Assembly: GCA_044372045.1 (NCBI GenBank)
Contig: JBILSN010000006.1
Location: 11,390-75,389, forward strand
Direction of reading: 5' to 3'
Source: Crocinitomicaceae bacterium
GTDB lineage: Bacteria > Bacteroidota > Bacteroidia > Flavobacteriales_D > Crocinitomicaceae
Length of the DNA stretch: 64,000 bases
How positions within the stretch are numbered: the stretch's first letter is position 1; every line of letters begins with the position of its first letter. The position numbers were made by a program, and so were the translations under genes. The notes beneath the pieces were generated by a model. It did not search any database. It saw only the letters and a program-made list of their open reading frames with translations, and had not been told where the DNA came from. This document shows, piece after piece, positions 55,286-64,000 of this stretch.

Positions 55286-57928
55286 CTAAAAGGCAATGCT
55301 AAATTTCAGATTGAATAACCGTTGTGTAAGGTAATTTGGTACGGAGTAAAACTTACCCTGGACGTCTTGTATCCACTGCTTTGATAACACATTATTGACC
55401 CCAAGGATATTGAAAATTTCTAGAGAAATTAACGCCTGATCCAGTGCGCTCCAACCTTTTTTACCTTGTCTGAGTTCGGTTTTTCCGTGCAGTAAATCAT
55501 AGGATAATCCGAGGTCTACACGGAAATACGAACGCATGCGGAGGGTGTCTTTGTAGCGGGTAAAATCTGGAGGGCCGTAGGGTAGTCGAGCGCCGTATTG
55601 TAGACCCATTTGCACTTTAAAAGCTTCGTATCCTGGCATTTGGTCTTGCACTAGTGCTCCGAAGGTAAGCCATTGGTCGGTTGGACGCGGAATAAATCCG
55701 GGTAGAATAACGGCTGAGTCTACTATTGTTTGGTCTTCGCTGAAGCCAAAAATAATACGCTCCCCAGCGGCGTTAAAATACTTTGTGTAGGTATCGCCAA
55801 TGATGTCTTCTTTTGTGGATAACAAGCCCAATTTAAAGAAGGACTGAATACCTTCTACAAACTCTCCATGCACGTTAATATCTAAGCCATAAGCGTAGCC
55901 AACGGCATTGTTATTGGCATAGTAGCGGGTCCGTACATTTTCAATTTCGTAGGGGTTGAGGTCCCAGAGGTATTTGTAATAAAGTTCGGTATTGAGTTTA
56001 AAAGGGGTTTGGCGGCCCCACATTTGAAATAAAAATTCGGATCCGGCTACGATGTGCAAAGATTTTTGTGCCTGTACCCCAAGGGCAAGCTGTCCGTCAA
56101 AGGTCCGAAATTCTCTGTAGAGCGGTGGTTGGTAGTACAGCCCAGTCGAAAACTTAAAGAGCAAACCTCGGCGCACCGCTTTTCCGTTTTGCCACATGTA
56201 GGCTGCTGGGGCATAGGATAAGCTTAGGCGCGGTGTGAAGTAAGGTTCTTTATTAATGCTTGTGTAGCCACCGCGGAGCCCAACCTGAAAATTAAGCCTA
56301 CGGGTCGAGATATCGAGGGTGTCGGTCCAAGTTTCTTTACGCCCCTCCACTTCATAAACGCCAGTCACCATTTTGTTGCGCTGCACGCGCGTCCAGGAAT
56401 TGGACCATTGCACAAATGCGGTGCTGCGGTAGCCATCGAGTGTAAGGTTTCCTTTGATGGTCTCGAACAAAACAATTGAATCGGGTTGTGTTTGCGGAAG
56501 GCTGTATCCAGAAGAATCGATGAGGCGCCACTCGCTGAGCTGATCTTTGAAGCCGTCGGCTTGCAGTTGAAAACCCCATGAAATTTCGTTGTAGCGTTTG
56601 CGGTTTTTATTGACATCGGTAAATCCGTCTTCAATTAAGTAGCTTCCGTTGTGGTACACCGAAAAAATTTCAGCACGCAAGCGGTTGCGGCCATGATTGA
56701 GAAAGCCGCCCACACCGAGTGTGGCTATAGAGTCTCCAAATTCTTCTTTAGACGGATCGGTTTCGAGTTCGTTGATAAAGTATTGTCCTAAGATATCAAA
56801 GTATTCGCGCTCATCCGATTGAAATGCCGAGGCGTAAAAATCGAGTTTGAGCTGATCTTTGGCGTATTTGAGAGAGGTGCCACCCATGAGTGTCTGAAAG
56901 TTTGAGTTTTCTTGGCCTTCAAAATAGATCATGAGACGGTAGGCTTCGTTGGCGGTTCCGAAATCGGACTGCGCTGTTTGGGGTGCAAAGCGGTAAGCGT
57001 TGGTCGAGAAGTGCCCGAGGAAACTCCAGGTCCAATGTTCATTGAGTTGGTAGTTGGTGAGTATTTGTGCATCGGCAAATACCGGGTTGTATGCGCCTTT
57101 GGTGGGAAGTGTATTGAGAAAGTAGCCATTTGAACGGTAGCGCGCTCCAACTAAAAAATTAAAGCGCTGACTCACGGCTTCTTCTACGTGCGCCTCTACG
57201 CCGAGCAAGGAAGCCATGACTGAAGCATGAAAAGCGTCAGGGGTTTTGTAGGTGATGTCTAGCACCGAACTGAGGCGATCGCCATAATTGGCTGCAAAAC
57301 CGCCGGCACTAAATCGAACGTCCTCGACCAAAGAAGAATGAATAAAGCTCATGCCTTCTTGCTGCCCACTGCGGGTTAAAAAAGGCCGAAATACTTGAAA
57401 ACCATTGACGTATACCAAGTTTTCGTCGTAGTTGCCACCCCGAACATTATAGTTGGAGGTAAGTTCGTTATTGGAGGTGGCTGCCGTAGTAAGGGTGAGG
57501 GTTCGCTCCAAACCCACAATTCCTTTTAAATTGAGCTGCGGAAGCTTTTCAATTTCAAAAGGGTTTTGACCTTCTTGACGCACGACTACACCACGGTTAT
57601 CTTGAATAGCAAAATTTTGATCCGGTAACTCTTGGTGTATTTTGTTGTCCGAAATGAGGGTATTGAAGGTGAGTTCTGTTCCTTCAAAGTAATAATGTAA
57701 TTCGATCAATTGCCCTACTTGGACGTTCTGAAAAGCGTAATAACCTTGTTGATCCGTCTTGGTTTCGGAGGCAATCTGAACCGAGCGGTTGTCGATTACC
57801 TTCAATTGAATTTGAGCACCAACTGCTGGTTGCTTTCCTTTGAGGTAACAATGCCCAAATAGGGTAATTTCTTGAGCAAGGTAGAACAGGGGAGCGGATA
57901 GAAAGAAAACAAGTAAAAGTTGCTTCAT
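55286..57928 (-). CDS. TonB-dependent-receptor-like outer-membrane protein with an N-terminal carboxypeptidase-regulatory-like domain
   Basis: Signal peptide MKQLLLVFFLSAPLFYLAQE. CarboxypepD_reg-like segment (GHCYLKGKQPAVGAQIQLK...GYYAFQNV). Plug-like NVRGG region. Large barrel ending in Phe (KFSIAF). Confidence 0.7.
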   Translation of the reverse strand: MKQLLLVFFLSAPLFYLAQEITLFGHCYLKGKQPAVGAQIQLKVIDNRSVQIASETKTDQQGYYAFQNVQVGQLIELHYYFEGTELTFNTLISDNKIHQELPDQNFAIQDNRGVVVRQEGQNPFEIEKLPQLNLKGIVGLERTLTLTTAATSNNELTSNYNVRGGNYDENLVYVNGFQVFRPFLTRSGQQEGMSFIHSSLVEDVRFSAGGFAANYGDRLSSVLDITYKTPDAFHASVMASLLGVEAHVEEAVSQRFNFLVGARYRSNGYFLNTLPTKGAYNPVFADAQILTNYQLNEHWTWSFLGHFSTNAYRFAPQTAQSDFGTANEAYRLMIYFEGQENSNFQTLMGGTSLKYAKDQLKLDFYASAFQSDEREYFDILGQYFINELETDPSKEEFGDSIATLGVGGFLNHGRNRLRAEIFSVYHNGSYLIEDGFTDVNKNRKRYNEISWGFQLQADGFKDQLSEWRLIDSSGYSLPQTQPDSIVLFETIKGNLTLDGYRSTAFVQWSNSWTRVQRNKMVTGVYEVEGRKETWTDTLDISTRRLNFQVGLRGGYTSINKEPYFTPRLSLSYAPAAYMWQNGKAVRRGLLFKFSTGLYYQPPLYREFRTFDGQLALGVQAQKSLHIVAGSEFLFQMWGRQTPFKLNTELYYKYLWDLNPYEIENVRTRYYANNNAVGYAYGLDINVHGEFVEGIQSFFKLGLLSTKEDIIGDTYTKYFNAAGERIIFGFSEDQTIVDSAVILPGFIPRPTDQWLTFGALVQDQMPGYEAFKVQMGLQYGARLPYGPPDFTRYKDTLRMRSYFRVDLGLSYDLLHGKTELRQGKKGWSALDQALISLEIFNILGVNNVLSKQWIQDVQGKFYSVPNYLTQRLFNLKFSIAF

Positions 57929-57933
57929 TGCTA

Positions 57934-57941
57934 CAAAGTTA
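57934..57941 (-). promoter_or_regulatory. Candidate -7 box TAACTTTG, 5 nt upstream of ATG 57928
   Basis: The reverse strand reads TAACTTTG TAGCA ATG. Confidence 0.4.
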
Positions 57942-58009
57942 CAATCCTTAACGTGCATTTGTGCGCTTTATTTGGTTTTCGCTCATTTTCATGTCTTGGA
58001 AGTTTCGCT

Positions 58010-58017
58010 TACATTTG
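58010..58017 (+). promoter_or_regulatory. Candidate -7 box TACATTTG, 4 nt upstream of ATG 58022
   Basis: tacatttg gctt... read as TACATTTG CTTT ATG. Confidence 0.4.
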
Positions 58018-58021
58018 CTTT

Positions 58022-58459
58022 ATGTTGTCTTCAGATAAAATTATTATAGGCCGCAGAGAACTCGCGGCATTGCCTGACTTCGGTTTAGAACAAGTGAAGG
58101 TAAAGGTAGACTCAGGTGCCTACACTTCTAGTATACACGTGACTTCATGCTTTGAAAAAGCGGGTCAACTCCATGTCGTATTCCTCGATAATAAACACCC
58201 TGGCTTTACAGGCCAAGAGATGCACTTTAAAAAGTTCAGAACAAAAAAAGTCAAGAGCAGCAATGGAGAAGTTCAAGAGCGGTATTTTGTATTCGGAACA
58301 ATGATAATTGCGGGTCTTTCGATTCAAACAGAATTCTCTTTAACCGTAAGAAAAGGAATGCGCTACCCGATTTTGTTGGGCCGCAAAATTCTCAACAAAT
58401 ATTTTCTCATCGATACAAGTCAAAAATATCTTTATCTCCCAATCTCCATTACAGCATGA
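58022..58459 (+). CDS. RimB-like retropepsin-fold protease (family annotated as 'putative ATP-dependent zinc protease', DUF785)
   Basis: [15 protein letters not shown]...[14 protein letters not shown] contains a D-S-G aspartic-protease-type motif. ATGA overlap with rimK. Start re-set to ATG 58022. Confidence 0.7.
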   Translation: MLSSDKIIIGRRELAALPDFGLEQVKVKVDSGAYTSSIHVTSCFEKAGQLHVVFLDNKHPGFTGQEMHFKKFRTKKVKSSNGEVQERYFVFGTMIIAGLSIQTEFSLTVRKGMRYPILLGRKILNKYFLIDTSQKYLYLPISITA

Positions 58460-59334
58460 AAATTGCCATTCTCTCCAGAAACCCCCATTTGTACTCAACC
58501 CGTAGATTAGTAGAAGCAGCAGAATCAGCAGGCCACGAAGCGCATGTTATTGACCACCTCAAGTGCAACATTGAAATCGAACAAACTGGCCCGGCTCTTT
58601 ATTACCACAACCAATACCTCAAAGGATTTGATGCGGTTATTCCTAGAATCGGGGCCTCTGTAACTTTTTATGGTACGGCGGTGGTGCGGCAGTTTGAAAT
58701 GATGAACGTTTTTACAGCCGTGGGTTCGAGAGGAATCATTCATTCCCGAGACAAACTCCGTTGCTTACAAGTACTTTCCAAAGAAGGTATCGGTTTACCC
58801 AAAACGGTTTTTACCAATTACTCGAAAGATGTCAAACACGTTGTGGAAAGCGCAGGAGGTGCACCGGTTGTGCTCAAGTTACTTGAGGGCACCCAAGGTT
58901 TGGGTGTTGTTTTGGCTGAAAATCTGAATGCTGCGCAGTCGGTACTCGAAGCCTTTAACGGCCTCAAGGCACGTGTAATTGTTCAGGAGTTTATTCGCGA
59001 AGCCAAAGGCGCCGATATTCGGGCATTTGTTGTGGACGGAGAGGTAGTAGGTGCCATGAAGCGCCAGGGTTTACCCGGCGAGTTTAGGTCAAATTTGCAC
59101 CGAGGCGGGAGTTCTCAAGCCATTGAACTCAGTACGGAAGAAAAATACACTGCTATTTTGGCAGCAAAGGCCGTTGGTTTGGGCATTGCAGGTGTTGATC
59201 TTTTGCAATCTGAACGAGGCCCATTGGTTTTGGAGGTCAATTCGTCTCCGGGGCTAGAAGGAATAGAACAAACCACCCAAAATGATATTGCCGGTAAAAT
59301 TATTGCCTATATAGAAAGAAATGTCAAGCGCTAG
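58456..59334 (+). CDS. rimK: RimK-family ATP-grasp alpha-L-glutamate ligase (ribosomal protein S6 modification type)
   Basis: [57 protein letters not shown]. Confidence 0.9.
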   Translation: MKIAILSRNPHLYSTRRLVEAAESAGHEAHVIDHLKCNIEIEQTGPALYYHNQYLKGFDAVIPRIGASVTFYGTAVVRQFEMMNVFTAVGSRGIIHSRDKLRCLQVLSKEGIGLPKTVFTNYSKDVKHVVESAGGAPVVLKLLEGTQGLGVVLAENLNAAQSVLEAFNGLKARVIVQEFIREAKGADIRAFVVDGEVVGAMKRQGLPGEFRSNLHRGGSSQAIELSTEEKYTAILAAKAVGLGIAGVDLLQSERGPLVLEVNSSPGLEGIEQTTQNDIAGKIIAYIERNVKR

Positions 59335-60304
59335 AAAGGTAGAGTACAAAAAAATGACAATTCTTGGGCAAGAAATTGTACCAGGCAAGGCAGTTCAGCT
59401 GAATTTAGAGGTGGCGCACTTGCACACCCGAACTCCCATTCAGGTTCCGGTTTTGGTAGAGCGCGCCAAAGAGGACGGCCCTACTTTATTGGTTATGGCA
59501 GGTCTGCATGGCGACGAACTCAACGGCATCGAAATTGTGCGCCGTTTTTTGCGCAAAAAACTCAATAAACCTACGAAAGGCACAATTATATGCTTGCCAA
59601 TCTTCAATATTTTTGGTTTTCTAAACCTCAAACGCGAGTTGCCAGATGGCCGCGACCTCAACCGCAGTTTTCCGGGTAGTAACAACGGCTCTTTGGCCGC
59701 GCAGTTTGCTTTTCATTTTATGAAAGAAATTGCACCGTATTGCGACTACATCATTGATTTTCATACTGGGGCGGCACAGCGCAACAACTTTCCTCAAATC
59801 CGCTGTGTTTTCGCTGACCAAAATAGCGTAGAGCTCGCCAAAGTATTCAACCCGCCTTTTATTCTGAATTCAAGTCTTATTGCTAAAACCCTGCGCGAAA
59901 GCATGGTCAAGCGCAATAAAATGCTCTTGCTGTTCGAAGGAGGCAAATCGAATAACATCGAAGAAAATGTTGTTGAAGAAGGCCTGAATGGCCTCAAACG
60001 CGTCATTAGTCACTTGGGTATGCGCAATTATAAATTTGATATTTCCAAAGACCGCGAGCCTATTTTCATCGGGGAAAACAAATGGATGCGCGCACCATCG
60101 AGCGGAATGTTTCAGTGTTTTGTAGCCAACGGAACCGCTGTACAGAAAGGAGAGGTTTTGGCATTGGTTACCGATCCTTACGGCAAATACGAAAAGAAAA
60201 TTAAAGCAAGTCAGACTGGCTATGTGATTTGCATCAACGAGGCTTCTGTCGTTTACAAAGGCGACGCCATCATCCATATCGCCAAAGAAAAACCACAACT
60301 ATAA
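59321..60304 (+). CDS. Succinylglutamate desuccinylase/aspartoacylase (AstE/AspA) family zinc deacylase
   Basis: GLHGDELNG (HxxE), [13 protein letters not shown]. Overlaps the rimK end by 14 nt. An alternative ATG exists at 59354. Confidence 0.8.
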   Translation: MSSARKVEYKKMTILGQEIVPGKAVQLNLEVAHLHTRTPIQVPVLVERAKEDGPTLLVMAGLHGDELNGIEIVRRFLRKKLNKPTKGTIICLPIFNIFGFLNLKRELPDGRDLNRSFPGSNNGSLAAQFAFHFMKEIAPYCDYIIDFHTGAAQRNNFPQIRCVFADQNSVELAKVFNPPFILNSSLIAKTLRESMVKRNKMLLLFEGGKSNNIEENVVEEGLNGLKRVISHLGMRNYKFDISKDREPIFIGENKWMRAPSSGMFQCFVANGTAVQKGEVLALVTDPYGKYEKKIKASQTGYVICINEASVVYKGDAIIHIAKEKPQL

Positions 60305-60323
60305 TCTTACACCAAACATCACT

Positions 60324-62759
60324 ATGAAAAAGGTCCTATTTCTTACCGTACTCAATTTGCTGACCCTCCAATTGCTTGGGCAAAACAATTTTACACCGCA
60401 ACAATTTTTGGGCTACAATATTGGCGAGCAGTTTACGCGTCAACATCGTGTAGTAGACTATTTCTTTGCGCTTGAAAAAGCATTTCCGAATAATATTAAA
60501 GTCGTGAAGACGGGGCAAACCTATGAGAAACGCGACCTTTTGTTGTGTTATATCGGCACCCCTGATAACCTCAAGAAACTCGAAGAAATCCGCCAAAAAC
60601 ACCTCACCCAAGCGCCCGACGAAAAATTAGCAATTGTGTGGTTGTCTTATAATGTGCACGGCAATGAAAGCTCCGGAACAGAAGCGGCCATGCAGACAGC
60701 CTACCGTTTGCTTACCGATAAGATAGGCTATTTAGAAAATACGGTTGTCATTATGGACCCTTGTTTGAATCCGGATGGCCGCGACCGCTATGTGAATTTT
60801 TATTACCAGTATGGCGCCAACCCAATTGACATGCAACGTTTCAGCGCCAGCCACAACGAAACATGGCCAGGCGGGCGCCCCAATCACTACCTCTTTGACC
60901 TCAACCGCGACTGGGCCTGGATGACCCAAATTGAATCTGCGGTGCGCATGCAGCAGTATAACCTTTGGTTACCTCACGTGCATGTCGATTTCCACGAGCA
61001 GGGCATCAACGAGCCATATTATTTTCCGCCGGCAGCTGAGCCGTATCATGAGGTCATTACCAATTGGCAGCGCGAGTTCCAGCAAGAAATCGGCAAAAAC
61101 CACGCAGGGTATTTCGACAAAGCAGGCTGGTTGTATTTCTCCAAAGAAATTTTCGACTTGCTTTACCCAAGCTATGGCGACACTTACCCTACCTACAGCG
61201 GCAGCATCGGCATGACCTACGAGCAGGGCGGAAGCGGGCGCGCAGGCCTTGCAGTCATTACCCAAGTGGGCGACACCCTTCGTTTGTCCGACCGGGTGGC
61301 GCATCATGTTACTACCGGGCTTTCAACCGTAGAAACAAGCGCGCGCAATGCCGACAAATTGGTCGCGGAGTATCAAAAGTTCAGAAAACAAAAAGATTTC
61401 AAATACGACACCTACGTCATTAAAGGCAGCAACAACCAGATCGAACCACTTTTGGTACTACTCGGCAAAAACAATATCGATTGGCAAATGGTTTCTACCA
61501 GCACCCAAGCGGTGCCTGCCAAAGGTTTCCATTTCAAAACTGGTGTTCAGGAAGCATTTAAGTTAGAAATTGGCGACATCGTAGTCTCTACCCAACAAGA
61601 AAAAGGAACACTCGTTTCGGTCTTGTTTGAACCCCGCACCAAATTGTCTGATAGCCTCACTTACGACATCACGGCGTGGTCCATGCCTTACGCTTACGGT
61701 TTAGACGCCTACGCCGTGGAAGGTCAGTTAAAGGCCACACCTTTTGCAGCAACTGGCGAGCGTAAATCTGATTTTTTGGCCATGGAAGGCTTCATGGGCT
61801 ATGCTGTTCGCTGGGAAACCATGCAAACTGCGCGCTTTTTAAATGCGGTGCAGCAAGCAGGCCTCAAGGTCTATTTTCATGAAAAAGGTTTCAAGCTCAA
61901 GGGCCAAACCTACGCACCCGGAACACTTCTTTTACTGGCTGGCGAAAATCAGCGTCCAGATTTCCATAAGATGGTCAATGATTATGCGGCGCGTTATCAA
62001 GTAGACATCAAGGGCTTGCTCACAGGAATGGTAGATCAAGGGCCAGACTTCGGTTCTTCTTCCGTTAAAATGGTACCCAACCCCCGCGTTGGTATTTTAG
62101 CCGGCGATAGCTTTTCCTCTTTAAATGTCGGCGAAATCTGGCATTTCTTTGAGCAGCAATTGAACAAACCCGCACACCTCATTTTTGAAGACGACCTCAA
62201 TGGCGCGCTTTCAAGCCTCGACGTTTTGTTTGTACCTGAAGGTGGTTTTGATATCGCAGGCAATGCTGCCCTCACCAAGTGGGTGCGCGAAGGTGGAACT
62301 TTGATCGTGACCGGTGGTGCAGTGGATGCCCTCGCCGACCAAGAAGGCTTTGGCCTCAAGCGCAAAGAAAGTGCAGCAGGCGCACCCGCACCAATTGCCT
62401 ATGCCAACCAAGAGCGTGACCAAATCTCAGACAACATCATTGGCGCCATTTACCCTTGCGTAATGGACAACTCCAACCCAATGGCTTTTGGCTATAACCA
62501 TTATTACACCTTGCGTCAAGGAGCTAGCGTCTATGAGCTTGAAGGCAAGCCCGTCTTTGAACTAGAGAAAAATGCACAGGCAGTCAACGGTTTTGTAGGC
62601 GCACGCGTTCAAAAACAACAATCCGAAGCAGACATCGCTGGCACGGTCCAATACGGTCGCGGCACCGTTGTCTATTTGATCGACAACCCACTCTTCCGCG
62701 GCTTCTGGGAAAGCGGCAAATTGATGGTCGTCAATTCGATTTATTTTGTGAATCAGTAG
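60324..62759 (+). CDS. Secreted M14-family zinc carboxypeptidase (large form)
   Basis: Signal peptide MKKVLFLTVLNLLTLQLLGQ. VHGNESSG (HxxE), NPDGRD, DLNRDW, VDFHEQG. Confidence 0.85.
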   Translation: MKKVLFLTVLNLLTLQLLGQNNFTPQQFLGYNIGEQFTRQHRVVDYFFALEKAFPNNIKVVKTGQTYEKRDLLLCYIGTPDNLKKLEEIRQKHLTQAPDEKLAIVWLSYNVHGNESSGTEAAMQTAYRLLTDKIGYLENTVVIMDPCLNPDGRDRYVNFYYQYGANPIDMQRFSASHNETWPGGRPNHYLFDLNRDWAWMTQIESAVRMQQYNLWLPHVHVDFHEQGINEPYYFPPAAEPYHEVITNWQREFQQEIGKNHAGYFDKAGWLYFSKEIFDLLYPSYGDTYPTYSGSIGMTYEQGGSGRAGLAVITQVGDTLRLSDRVAHHVTTGLSTVETSARNADKLVAEYQKFRKQKDFKYDTYVIKGSNNQIEPLLVLLGKNNIDWQMVSTSTQAVPAKGFHFKTGVQEAFKLEIGDIVVSTQQEKGTLVSVLFEPRTKLSDSLTYDITAWSMPYAYGLDAYAVEGQLKATPFAATGERKSDFLAMEGFMGYAVRWETMQTARFLNAVQQAGLKVYFHEKGFKLKGQTYAPGTLLLLAGENQRPDFHKMVNDYAARYQVDIKGLLTGMVDQGPDFGSSSVKMVPNPRVGILAGDSFSSLNVGEIWHFFEQQLNKPAHLIFEDDLNGALSSLDVLFVPEGGFDIAGNAALTKWVREGGTLIVTGGAVDALADQEGFGLKRKESAAGAPAPIAYANQERDQISDNIIGAIYPCVMDNSNPMAFGYNHYYTLRQGASVYELEGKPVFELEKNAQAVNGFVGARVQKQQSEADIAGTVQYGRGTVVYLIDNPLFRGFWESGKLMVVNSIYFVNQ

Positions 62760-62762
62760 AGG

Positions 62763-64000
62763 TTACCTTCCCCTCTTCGCTAGCGCCTGATAAACAACAT
62801 GTTGTAAATCAGTGCGGATGTTGAGGTCGCGGAGTTTCCAGTTGTCTTGATTGGGGTGCACGCGGTTGGATAAGAAAATGAAGATGACTTTGTTTTTGGG
62901 GTCGGCCCAGGCGAGGGTTCCGGTGAAGCCGGAGTGCCCGAATGATTGCTGAGAGGCCAAGACGTCGCAGGTGCCACCTCCGCTTGCTGTGGGCCGATCA
63001 AAGCCGGCGGCGCGGCGGTTGCCGGGATACTGTTGTTTGGTGAATTCGGTGTAGGTGGCTGCAGTAAAGAATTGTTGCCCTGCCATTTCTCCTTTATTGA
63101 GAAAGAGTTGCATGATATGTGCTAAACTCCAGGCGTTGGAGAAGATACCGGCATGGCCTGCTACGCCGCCTAACATAGCAGCGCCGGGGTCGTGGACATA
63201 GCCGCGCAAGAGTTGTTTGCGGAAAGCTTGGTCATCTTCGGTCGGGACAATTTGTTGTTCGGAAAATTGACGGAGGGGCTGATACAAAATGCGCCCTAGC
63301 CCTAATGGTAAATAGATATTGCGTCGCAAATAACTCGCTTGGCTCTCGCCGATGATTCTTTCCAAAATAGGTTGGGTAAAATAATAACAGAGATCGGAAT
63401 ACACATATTTTTTAGGACCAAGTGTAGATCGTAAAATTTGGGCATACATACTGTCTTTGTAGGTTTTGTGGATGTACATGCCCTTTGCTACCTCTAGTGG
63501 AAAATCATCAGTTTGTTTATTTTGATAGATGCTACCTTTCCAGGTGCCTTTGGAAAGCGTGCGCTTATAAAAAGGAATCCAAGGAGTAAGCCCAGCCTGA
63601 TGGGCCATGATTTCTCTGATTTTGAGGGCGGCAAACGGCGAAGAACCTACAACTTCAGGAATATAACTGCCAATTGCTTGATCCAGGTTGAACTTTCCTT
63701 TGGAATGTTGCTCCATGGCCAATAGAGTAGAGGCTGCTATTTTGGTGACCGACGCGATGTCGTACATGGACTGCAAATCAATATCTAGTGCATTGGCTTC
63801 ATACCCTTGTTTGCCATAGGCTTTGTGCCAAATGACCTTATCTTCTACCGCCACGAGAAGCTGACAACCTGGATACGCGCCAGCGTCAATTCCTTTTTGC
63901 GCGATATCGTCAAGTGCTTTTAGATCGGTACTTTTCAGGCCAATTTCTTCGGGGCTAGAGATGCCGAGGCGGCCGTTGTCTTCTATGCCGGCTGCGCTGA
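62763..64000 (-). CDS. Serine hydrolase of the beta-lactamase / class C-like (PBP4*/EstB-like) family; 5' end lies outside the window
   Basis: S-x-x-K in DIASVTKIAAS, YSD, HSGFTG. The track start at 63854 is GTG, but my reverse translation stays open to nt 64000 (...PEEIGLKSTDLKALDDIAQKGIDAGAYPGCQLLVAVEDKV...), which is typical family sequence. Confidence 0.85.
   Translation of the reverse strand, partial: SAAGIEDNGRLGISSPEEIGLKSTDLKALDDIAQKGIDAGAYPGCQLLVAVEDKVIWHKAYGKQGYEANALDIDLQSMYDIASVTKIAASTLLAMEQHSKGKFNLDQAIGSYIPEVVGSSPFAALKIREIMAHQAGLTPWIPFYKRTLSKGTWKGSIYQNKQTDDFPLEVAKGMYIHKTYKDSMYAQILRSTLGPKKYVYSDLCYYFTQPILERIIGESQASYLRRNIYLPLGLGRILYQPLRQFSEQQIVPTEDDQAFRKQLLRGYVHDPGAAMLGGVAGHAGIFSNAWSLAHIMQLFLNKGEMAGQQFFTAATYTEFTKQQYPGNRRAAGFDRPTASGGGTCDVLASQQSFGHSGFTGTLAWADPKNKVIFIFLSNRVHPNQDNWKLRDLNIRTDLQHVVYQALAKRGR

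Noticed and set aside
60900-61450. Stretches that look more GC-rich by eye and carry several long overlapping ORFs (also about 9700-10100 and 15200-16170), considered as possible horizontally acquired DNA
   Set aside because: They coincide with the most conserved catalytic cores of the M14 peptidase, the aminotransferase and ruvB. Gene order and promoter motifs are native-like, and no mobility genes are present. I did not compute GC, so this is a visual impression only.
1-64000. A search for CRISPR arrays, IS elements or transposases, toxin-antitoxin pairs and known defence-system genes
   Set aside because: I saw no regularly spaced direct repeats. No transposase, integrase, recombinase, nuclease-helicase or small paired-ORF signatures appear in any translated frame. 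The window looks like core chromosome.

Overview
This is a dense 64-kb chromosomal segment that looks like a gliding, T9SS-bearing member of the Bacteroidota. The evidence is gldF/gldG, type A and type B T9SS C-terminal sorting domains, a PorV/PorQ-like barrel, a PafA-like phosphatase, kynurenine 3-monooxygenase, and many TAnnTTTG -7 promoter boxes. I cannot name a genus. I count about 70 protein genes and one tRNA-Phe(GAA). I found no rRNA, CRISPR array, transposase, integrase, phage genes or recognisable defence genes. Most content is housekeeping: rplM-rpsI-rpsB-tsf-pyrH-frr, purD/purQ/purC/purS, panB, metF, ruvB, queG, tsaB, tsaC, coaX, lspA, pssA, rpmE type B. Interspersed with it are envelope and secretion genes, three orphan response regulators and several peptidases. 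All calls rest on motifs read by eye in the supplied translations; no search was run, so product names are family-level. The ORF track accepts GTG/TTG starts and often over-extends N-termini, so I re-set many starts to the ATG that fits signal peptides, family N-termini or ATGA-type overlaps. I see no clear-cut novel multi-gene system. The best candidates for follow-up are listed below.
- A RimK-centred writer/eraser-like peptidase cluster at 58022-62759.
- A -7 promoter box that repeatedly abuts start codons, suggesting widespread leaderless mRNAs.
- A secreted bacterial VWD-domain protein with an intact GDPH motif and a mucin-like Pro/Ser tail.
- A gldF-gldG-DUF4340 run followed by a giant PKD adhesin.
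- A ZapB-like coiled-coil gene coupled to zapA.
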